Shown here: in pieces, positions 57,295-64,000 of the stretch | Layout: each line of letters begins with the position of its first letter | Numbering within the stretch: position 1 is the first letter of the stretch | Notes under the pieces: model-generated | Seen by the model: the letters and a program-made list of their open reading frames with translations, nothing else | Database searches by the model: none | Told to the model about the DNA's origin: nothing | Made by a program: the position numbers and the translations under genes | Sequence record: PP793740.1 | Length of the DNA: 64,000 nt | Strand: one strand, 5' to 3'

Positions 57295-57704
57295 TTAAGA
57301 TTATCGCATTCGTAGTTTTAATGTGGTCCACTGTCCTATTTGCAGCAACTGAAGTAAAATCAACTACAGATGGTATTATTGCACATTCAGAATGTCAGCT
57401 AGTTGCTAAAGATAGTAGTGTTGTCGGCACTACTGTTGGAGGTGCGGTTGGAGCCACCGCAGGCGCTGTGTTAGGTCGAGCAATCTTTGGTAAATCTGGA
57501 GGTTGGGTAGGTGGTTTAATCGGTGGTGCCGCAGGCGGCGCAGTCGGTAATAATGTTAGTGCTACTGAAACATTTCAATGTAAACTGATTGTTAATACAG
57601 ATGGCAAGCAGTACATGGTTCAAACAGTTACCAATGAAAAACCAAAGGTTGGTGATAAAGTCACTGTTGTTGAAATGAATGATGGTACACGAGATATAAT
57701 GTAG
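57291..57704 (+). CDS. Exported glycine-zipper protein
   Basis: Signal peptide; GTTVGGAVGATAGAVLG...GGWVGGLIGGAAGGAVG; C-terminal beta domain; ATGA-coupled to nrdB. Confidence 0.8.
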   Translation: MIKIIAFVVLMWSTVLFAATEVKSTTDGIIAHSECQLVAKDSSVVGTTVGGAVGATAGAVLGRAIFGKSGGWVGGLIGGAAGGAVGNNVSATETFQCKLIVNTDGKQYMVQTVTNEKPKVGDKVTVVEMNDGTRDIM

Positions 57705-57705
57705 A

Positions 57706-57739
57706 CATAATGACCCTCCCTTAATTGGGAGGGTTTATG
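57706..57739 (+). terminator. Terminator
   Basis: ACCCTCCC-TTAATT-GGGAGGGT, same core as the 56037 hairpin. Confidence 0.8.
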
Positions 57740-57789
57740 CTAACAATTCTATAGCACTCTTATTAACAGTCATCAACGAGAGAGTAGAC

Positions 57790-59673
57790 ATGAATAAAAT
57801 GCTAAACTTCCTAAACCGTACGCTATATAGCGGTACTGAAAAAGTATCTTCAAAAGCTACACCAAGTCTAGAACACTTTAAAACAAATGTTGAACAAGTA
57901 GATAAAAAGATTCTACAACCCTTTAGTACTAAATTTAAAACCATTCTAAAAGAATGTTACAGTAATGAAGAGTGGGTTGAAGAACAATCATTTATTGAAG
58001 AACCTATTGATCTTGGTTCAGCTGCACGCGGTCTTACCGAGCGCGGTATTATGCGTGGTGATTGGGGACGCTTAGCGCATTCCACTATTAAAGAAGCAGA
58101 AGGTATGATGCGTACTTATAGTGGTCGTCTAAATGAAGATATGGAGGCATCTGAAATTAATGAAGTAATTCAAGATATGCCTTATAACTTCACAGCTGGC
58201 TCAGCTAATACTAGCCGTTTAGAAGAAGATGACTCTATTTTTGTTGAAGCAGATACAACTGTAGTTGAACCTCTGTCTAAGCAGACTCTGCCAAAAGTAG
58301 CAGAGCTTACTAATCAATTAGTGGAAGTCTATAACCGAATTACTGAAGAATTTACAGAAACTGGTATTGCTAAAGTTGAACAAGTTGAACAGCCAGCAGT
58401 TCTTGTAGCACTTGGTGAGATCATTAGTAGTTTTAATAAACTAATTGATGCTTCATGTGGTGCTCTACCAGTGGAAGAAACTGTTATTGTAGAGGAGGAT
58501 CCGTTACCTGCCATTGTTACTGGTCCAACTACTGAACCCATTGATGGTGAAATTCCACCTGTTGATGCTATTAATAATTCTGCGGCATTAGAAGAGTTTA
58601 TTGAAGAAGTACTAAGTACTAATCCAGAATTCATTAAATACCAAAGTATGAATGATAGTAATATTGATTCATATCTAACTGGAGATGACTGGATTATACT
58701 AAAATTTAAAGATGGTTCTTATTATTTATACAATGCCCAGAGTGCTGGTGAAACAAATATAGAAATCATGAAAGATATGGCCGAAACTGGTAGTGGTCTT
58801 AATGGTTTTATAAATCGAGTTATTCGTGGCGGGTATGTAGAGAAGTCCATCATTAATACTCCCGGTTTTATACAAGTCTCAAATGAAGGTCTTATCGACA
58901 CCATTAAGAGTATCTTCGACTCTGGCCCTGAGATCAATCTTGATAAAAAGAAGAAAGCTATTGCTACACTGAAAAGTACCTATGGTGATGCCAAATGGGT
59001 GGCAGAAGCAAAGCTTAAAACCGGCGAAGTAAAAGTATCGAGTTACGAGACGTTCGCGTCTAATGATCCTAAGACCGCAAAAGCCAATATCACTAATGCT
59101 GTAGCTAAAGCTGATCGTCACAACCAGAAAGTTCTGGATGAGAACAGTAAGATACTAGCCCCCGTGGTTAATCTGTTCAAAGGGAATGATTGGCAAGACC
59201 CTAAGAAAGTCGCTACTCTTCTGGCTGAATGGAAACCCAATGTAAAGACAAACTTCCAAGAACCAAAATGGCCAGATAATGCTGGTGCTAAGATTAAGTT
59301 GCTTGATGCTACCGGTATTGTGGAAGCAGCTAACGTTATCATTGACGTTCTGTCTAACAACACTAAGACTATTGCGGACACTTGGGTAGCCCAGTATCCT
59401 GACCTATCTGTCAATGGGGATATCTACAAACATAAGCTATCCACTATTAAAGATAAAGATGCTCTTGAGGATGTATATCTGCTGGCTAAAAGGGCCGATA
59501 ATGCCATTCTTAACATTCATGCATCGTACGACGACGCTAAGGTTGAATCTACATATCGAGTATTTGCTATCGACATGTTGAAACTAATGCAAGCATCTGT
59601 CAGTAGCTTCCCAAGTGGTTCAACCGTAGAGAACACCAATGAACGCAATACGGTCATTGGTATTGAAGAATAA
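57790..59673 (+). CDS. Internal head protein with acidic propeptide (gp303 position)
   Basis: 627 aa; S/A-x-E motifs (SLE, ALE268, SNE366-G) typical of phiKZ head-protease substrates. Confidence 0.7.
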   Translation: MNKMLNFLNRTLYSGTEKVSSKATPSLEHFKTNVEQVDKKILQPFSTKFKTILKECYSNEEWVEEQSFIEEPIDLGSAARGLTERGIMRGDWGRLAHSTIKEAEGMMRTYSGRLNEDMEASEINEVIQDMPYNFTAGSANTSRLEEDDSIFVEADTTVVEPLSKQTLPKVAELTNQLVEVYNRITEEFTETGIAKVEQVEQPAVLVALGEIISSFNKLIDASCGALPVEETVIVEEDPLPAIVTGPTTEPIDGEIPPVDAINNSAALEEFIEEVLSTNPEFIKYQSMNDSNIDSYLTGDDWIILKFKDGSYYLYNAQSAGETNIEIMKDMAETGSGLNGFINRVIRGGYVEKSIINTPGFIQVSNEGLIDTIKSIFDSGPEINLDKKKKAIATLKSTYGDAKWVAEAKLKTGEVKVSSYETFASNDPKTAKANITNAVAKADRHNQKVLDENSKILAPVVNLFKGNDWQDPKKVATLLAEWKPNVKTNFQEPKWPDNAGAKIKLLDATGIVEAANVIIDVLSNNTKTIADTWVAQYPDLSVNGDIYKHKLSTIKDKDALEDVYLLAKRADNAILNIHASYDDAKVESTYRVFAIDMLKLMQASVSSFPSGSTVENTNERNTVIGIEE

Positions 59674-59685
59674 CTTACTGAGTAT

Positions 59686-59836
59686 GTAATGATATGTAGA
59701 AATGATCCCTCCCCCTCGTTTCTACATTAGTCATAATAAATCGGAGCCAGTCCCCCTTCCAACTGGCTCCCAGAGAGTAAAACTCTTTGCTGGGCATTAA
59801 TGACGATATATCGCCTCCCTTCGGGGAGGCTTTATA
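59686..59836 (+). ncRNA. Candidate small structured RNA
   Basis: TATG promoter-like motif shared with the tRNA-Asp leader, three stems, C/U-rich loops, UUCG terminator; no ORF noticed. Confidence 0.4.
59813..59830 (+). terminator. Terminator
   Basis: GCCTCCC-TTCG-GGGAGGC-TTT. Confidence 0.85.
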
Positions 59837-59893
59837 TTTTGTTTTTACGTATGTATATTAAAATATGTATAAACAACATAGAGTAATTATAAA

Positions 59894-60346
59894 ATGATCA
59901 AAAATGAACTTTTACCAGGGCTAATCTATGCCCAAAAAGAATTTGATAAAATTGCAGCTAATGTAAAAGACTATGATAAGTATAAAAGACGCGAAGCTGG
60001 TAGGGCAAGTGCCGTTTTAAGAAGTCTAGTGAGCAATATTGTAAATCAGAATAAACCATCCTCACTTGAACATGAAGGCAAAGTTAGTACTACTAATACT
60101 AATGAATATTTAGAAGAAGTTAATAATTACTTCTTTAACATTAATAATATTAAATTAATTTCTCCTAAACTCATAAAAGAGAAATTAACAATTGATCTAA
60201 TGAATATTTATGTTAAATGGAATATGATTGGAGTGGCTGGCCGAAATGATGTTCCAATTATTGAACACAGAATTAATGATTGGTGCGAAGTGACCGATGT
60301 CTACATTAATGGTAATAAGATAACTTCTTTACAATGGCCACGTTGA
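59894..60346 (+). CDS. Hypothetical protein
   Basis: 150-aa ORF. Confidence 0.65.
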   Translation: MIKNELLPGLIYAQKEFDKIAANVKDYDKYKRREAGRASAVLRSLVSNIVNQNKPSSLEHEGKVSTTNTNEYLEEVNNYFFNINNIKLISPKLIKEKLTIDLMNIYVKWNMIGVAGRNDVPIIEHRINDWCEVTDVYINGNKITSLQWPR

Positions 60347-60404
60347 ATTTAAAATAAGTTGTAATAAAATACCTAGCATTACATGTTATGTATTGAAGCA
60401 CAAT

Positions 60405-60489
60405 GCCCGAATGGTGAAATTGGTAAACACAGAAGACTTAAAATCTTCCGGCTACGGTCTTGTCGGTTCGAATCCGACTTCGGGCACCA
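60405..60489 (+). tRNA. tRNA-Leu (UAA)
   Basis: GCCCGAA acceptor, GAAGA-CT TAA AA-TCTTC, long variable arm, GGTTCGAATCC, encoded CCA. Confidence 0.95.
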
Positions 60490-60498
60490 ATTTAAATA

Positions 60499-60574
60499 CG
60501 GAGTGTAGCGCAGTTGGTAGCGCGCCTGCTTTGGGAGCAGGATGTCGGGAGTTCGAGTCTCCCCACTCCGACCA
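60499..60574 (+). tRNA. tRNA-Pro (UGG)
   Basis: CCTGC-TT TGG GA-GCAGG, GTTCGAG T-loop, encoded CCA. Confidence 0.95.
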
Positions 60575-60595
60575 TTTTAATAATAGGTAAATAGG

Positions 60596-60889
60596 ATGGA
60601 TAATAAATGGATATCATGGGAACATCAAATTATAGGAACAGCTCTTTACGCTATTCTTAGTGACCCTGAATTAACTAATATTCAATTAGCTCAAGGCTTA
60701 CACTATCTAACAGAAGCAAAGTCTTCTGTATTACATGTTTGTAATAACCATATTACATTCACTGTAACCTATCCACATGGCACATTTAGAACCAATGTAA
60801 TTAGAGAGTGCCCTGCTAGTGATACAAATACATTCAAATGGTCAGGTGTATTAGTCCGTCAAAAAGATGGAACATTCTTACCAGAATAA
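60596..60889 (+). CDS. Hypothetical protein
   Basis: 97 aa, RBS AGG. Confidence 0.65.
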   Translation: MDNKWISWEHQIIGTALYAILSDPELTNIQLAQGLHYLTEAKSSVLHVCNNHITFTVTYPHGTFRTNVIRECPASDTNTFKWSGVLVRQKDGTFLPE

Positions 60890-60896
60890 ATAAAAA

Positions 60897-60973
60897 GGGC
60901 CTATAGCTCAGTTGGTTAGAGCAGGCGACTCATAATCGCTTGGTCGCAGGTTCAAGTCCTGCTGGGCCCACCA
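60897..60973 (+). tRNA. tRNA-Ile2 (CAU, lysidine type); often mis-called Met
   Basis: GGCGA-CT CAT AA-TCGCT; closely resembles enterobacterial ileX as recalled; C4-G69 and C5-G68 TilS determinants. Confidence 0.85.
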
Positions 60974-60979
60974 TATACT

Positions 60980-61001
60980 AGCCTCCCACTTGGGGGAGGT
61001 T
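60980..61001 (+). terminator. Terminator
   Basis: GCCTCCC/GGGAGGT followed by TTTT. Confidence 0.7.
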
Positions 61002-61025
61002 TTATACTGTCTCATTGAGGAAAAC

Positions 61026-61247
61026 ATGAATACAGTAATAATGTTGGTATTATCTATCAAAGTTGGATTATTTGGTTTCATTTCGACTAATGAAAGTAAT
61101 ATCCTATTTGAAAATAGGGAACAGTGTATTTCTCATCTGGATATTCTGGAACATAAATACAAGTCTCTTGAAGTTATTCGAAATGAGAATACTCTAAAGA
61201 TAACCGAAAGAGATAACCATTCTATTTATATTTTTAAATGTCTCTAG
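61026..61247 (+). CDS. Small protein with hydrophobic N-terminus
   Basis: Start MNTVIMLVL after GAGGA. Confidence 0.6.
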   Translation: MNTVIMLVLSIKVGLFGFISTNESNILFENREQCISHLDILEHKYKSLEVIRNENTLKITERDNHSIYIFKCL

Positions 61248-61543
61248 GAAAATACATGGAACATCAAGAACAAAAAGAACTATTGAGACAACCATTACAA
61301 ACACTTTATAATCTTACTTTTAGTCCCCGTTTACGTAATGGAGCGAAGGCTCCCGATTGGATTCACCTGACCGATGAAGTAACCCTATTCCCAAACGGAT
61401 TAGATATTACAATCAACGCTGTTACACGTTGCATCAAATGGGAACTTATCGGCGAGGATGTAAGTAACATTACTTATGTTGAAGCTATGTTCTTTAATAA
61501 AGGTCTTAAAGCAGTTAAAGCCTATCTCAAACATACGGAGTAA
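61238..61543 (+). CDS. Hypothetical protein
   Basis: 101 aa; probable start MEHQEQ after AGGA. Confidence 0.65.
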   Translation: MSLGKYMEHQEQKELLRQPLQTLYNLTFSPRLRNGAKAPDWIHLTDEVTLFPNGLDITINAVTRCIKWELIGEDVSNITYVEAMFFNKGLKAVKAYLKHTE

Positions 61544-61545
61544 AT

Positions 61546-61893
61546 ATGGATCATCTAACCCCAACGCAGAGCGCTGTATATTTCACATTTATTAGCCCTG
61601 AGTTTATAAAGCTAACTCTTGTTGAATCTTTTGTAGTGATCCACAAGAAACATCCAGAAGTAAAGCATTGCGTTAAGAAAAAGATTAGTGCTAATGAAAC
61701 GCAGTTTATCTTTATCTTCAAAGATGGGACTGATAATTTAATCATTACACGTAAAACTGAACCTTGCCCTGAACTGGATAGCCCAGTAGGCGATAGTATT
61801 AAGTTGTCCGGCGAAGAACTTAAAAATATTCTTGCTAAGTACGATCGTCCCAAGGATGGTAACTATTTCAAGCACTGGACTGATCGCCCGTAA
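61546..61893 (+). CDS. Hypothetical protein
   Basis: 115 aa, RBS GGAG. Confidence 0.7.
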   Translation: MDHLTPTQSAVYFTFISPEFIKLTLVESFVVIHKKHPEVKHCVKKKISANETQFIFIFKDGTDNLIITRKTEPCPELDSPVGDSIKLSGEELKNILAKYDRPKDGNYFKHWTDRP

Positions 61894-61945
61894 TAAAATA
61901 TTACTGGTTATGTAATACTATGTAGGAAGACATGTCCATACGTTT

Positions 61946-62022
61946 GCGCTCATAGTTCAGTTGGTTAGAATACCCGCCTGTCACGCGGGTGGTCAGGGGT
62001 TCGAGTCCCCTTGGGCGCGCCA
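61946..62022 (+). tRNA. tRNA-Asp (GUC)
   Basis: CCCGC-CT GTC AC-GCGGG, G73 discriminator, CCA. Confidence 0.95.
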
Positions 62023-62028
62023 TTTAAT

Positions 62029-62104
<76 letters not shown>

Positions 62105-62110
62105 TATTCT

Positions 62111-62134
62111 AAAGAGTAGCTTCGGCTACTCTTT
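62111..62134 (+). terminator. Terminator
   Basis: AAAGAGTAGC-TTCG-GCTACTCTTT-T. Confidence 0.85.
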
Positions 62135-62188
62135 TATGTTGCCATGGGTTATCTTATGAATTAAAATGATTTACTTGAGAGCACACTC

Positions 62189-63196
62189 ATGTTTGAATTA
62201 CTATTATCACCAGATATAGGCGAAGAGTTACCCTTGGTTGGATTTAATGAAATTATTAAATTAGGTGATCTACCTGTAGCGTTAGCTGGTACAATGTCAT
62301 ATGTGGATGGAAATACACTGTATGTTGGATCTGGTCATCATACTGAAGGACAAACAGCTGCAACTGTGTTCAGACGTTTTACCATATCGCCATTTGCCGA
62401 TATAGGTGCAACTGCTTCTGGAACATTCTTACCAGGGGTATCTTTAGGATTTGGGACATTACATAAGAATAACTTTATTGTTTATGGTGGTATTACTGGA
62501 TGGAACTCGGCTGGTAATGGTGGTACGGGAACATCTAACTTTATACAACATTTTGATATAGCTACAGGCAATAGGGTTGAGCGATATAGTGGTCCCGTAC
62601 CACTTTGGGGCACAGCCTCCGCATCAGATGGTAATGATCTTATTCTATGCGTTAACCCAATTGGCGTAAACGCAATGCGATTAAAACCATCAAGTAAGTC
62701 TTGGCTTAGCGGGCAAGACTATTCAGGTGGTGCTCGTTCAGGTCAACAGTTATTCTTTTATAATGGTTACTTTTACCATTTTGGTGGTTGGGATAATACA
62801 AAGAACATACCTAATCTTGAAGTTTATCGATATAATGCAACTACCTTAATATGGGAGCAAACACCTTGGATGATTATACCTGCTGATAAAGGAACAATCT
62901 GGCAAGGTAATGGTTATGTAGATGGGGACTATTTTAATTACCTTAACGCTGTTGATGTCGGCGGTGTAACTAAAATGTTTGCACAACGTTTTAATATTAG
63001 GCGCCGGAAATGGGCTGAACCATTTGAACTAGGTATCGGATTCCTTAATATTTCATCTATAGCTAAAGGTCCGGATAATAGCATGATCATTGTAGGTGGA
63101 TCTAAAATGCCAGTTGGTGGTGGAGCATATATGTTGAAAAGCCAATTGTTATCAGGTATCTATCAGGTAAAACTAGCACCATTAATCATTGATTAA
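62189..63196 (+). CDS. Kelch-like beta-propeller protein, probably virion-associated
   Basis: Repeated GG...Y/W blades (FIVYGG, FYHFGGWD, IIVGG); MFELLL N-terminus. Confidence 0.7.
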   Translation: MFELLLSPDIGEELPLVGFNEIIKLGDLPVALAGTMSYVDGNTLYVGSGHHTEGQTAATVFRRFTISPFADIGATASGTFLPGVSLGFGTLHKNNFIVYGGITGWNSAGNGGTGTSNFIQHFDIATGNRVERYSGPVPLWGTASASDGNDLILCVNPIGVNAMRLKPSSKSWLSGQDYSGGARSGQQLFFYNGYFYHFGGWDNTKNIPNLEVYRYNATTLIWEQTPWMIIPADKGTIWQGNGYVDGDYFNYLNAVDVGGVTKMFAQRFNIRRRKWAEPFELGIGFLNISSIAKGPDNSMIIVGGSKMPVGGGAYMLKSQLLSGIYQVKLAPLIID

Positions 63197-63480
63197 AATA
63201 ATAATATTTATAACTATTTAGATAATTATACTGGCACGATGATATTATGTAAGAGTACTATAATAAAGTATTCTTAAATCTATCCACTAAACACACTCGG
63301 TGGTAGAACTTATTATAGAGTGTGTCTAAATGCCAGGGGTTTGCCACCCCTGGTTATATTCATTGTTACTATTATAAATTCATTTATAGATGAGAAAAGG
63401 TTTTATCACCTTTTCAAAATCGGCATTTAATTCCAGTTAAAAAACTGAATCTATGCTACATTGTAATAAAGGAGTCTATT

Positions 63481-63993
63481 ATGACTAACTCTAATCAGTT
63501 TGTAAGAACTATTGTAAAGTACCAAGATATCCTAGATGCTTTAATTCAAAAAACGAATGAGAACTGGGTTAATTATCGATCTAATTCTATTGGTCATATT
63601 GTTATTCGTGAATACAGGACTGTTGGATTATTTGTAGGTCGGCAATGTGGTAGTACAACTGCATTGATTGAGTTTGCTAATCGTCATCCTGGCGAATGTC
63701 TAGCTGTATTTGTAGAAGATAAAATTAAACAGGTTGTACTGGCTAAGTTCCAGAATGCTAAAGATAATATTGTTTCTTGTTTAATTACACACCAACTCCG
63801 TAAATATATTCATCAACCTGAGGAATCATCTATTCAAAAAGATATTAAAGAAGAATTAATATCGTCTGTAAAATATATTCTTGTTGACAATGCCTCATTT
63901 AATCTGAACCTACGCGGTATCACTGATAAAGAATTTAACCAGTGGGTTGCAGATACTTTTGGTACAGAGGTAATGGTGGTTCGTTTTAGTTAG
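63481..63993 (+). CDS. Hypothetical protein with degenerate P-loop
   Basis: 170 aa, RBS AAGGAG; VGRQCGSTT and YILVDNA. Confidence 0.7.
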   Translation: MTNSNQFVRTIVKYQDILDALIQKTNENWVNYRSNSIGHIVIREYRTVGLFVGRQCGSTTALIEFANRHPGECLAVFVEDKIKQVVLAKFQNAKDNIVSCLITHQLRKYIHQPEESSIQKDIKEELISSVKYILVDNASFNLNLRGITDKEFNQWVADTFGTEVMVVRFS

Positions 63994-64000
63994 AATTAGT

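Noticed and set aside
60393-60590. 65-aa ORF
   Set aside because: Overlaps tRNA-Leu and tRNA-Pro entirely
60897-60973. tRNA-Met call
   Set aside because: Acceptor stem and anticodon arm match the Ile2 class rather than initiator or elongator Met

Overview
This window comes from a phiKZ-like (Phikzvirus/Chimalliviridae) nucleus-forming Pseudomonas jumbo phage. It is read in reverse relative to phiKZ numbering: roughly gp59 down to gp1, then gp306 down to about gp297. gp numbers are assigned from recalled sequence, size and synteny, not from a database search. The phage-nucleus locus is at the left: chimallin shell gene, non-virion RNAP beta' subunit, a split family-B DNA polymerase, PhuZ tubulin, and candidate Imp3 and ChmB. 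The RNAP gene is split directly after NADFDGD by a group I intron (1986-3509) carrying an HNH homing endonuclease. The rest holds the RNase E inhibitor Dip, a tail sheath/tube/terminase block, a hypervariable early-gene region, DHFR, class Ia RNR, an inner-head protein and five tRNAs. The nucleus system is established biology. The best possibly undescribed signals are: (1) a densely structured ~320-nt RNA just downstream of chimallin; (2) a promoter-to-terminator candidate sRNA with anti-SD-like loops at ~59.7 kb; (3) a long-range stem that sequesters the endonuclease start codon; (4) a KTSC-like domain between predicted protease sites in the head protein; (5) a tandem array of probable paralogues beside the polymerase. 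All folding and GC statements are by eye, not computed.
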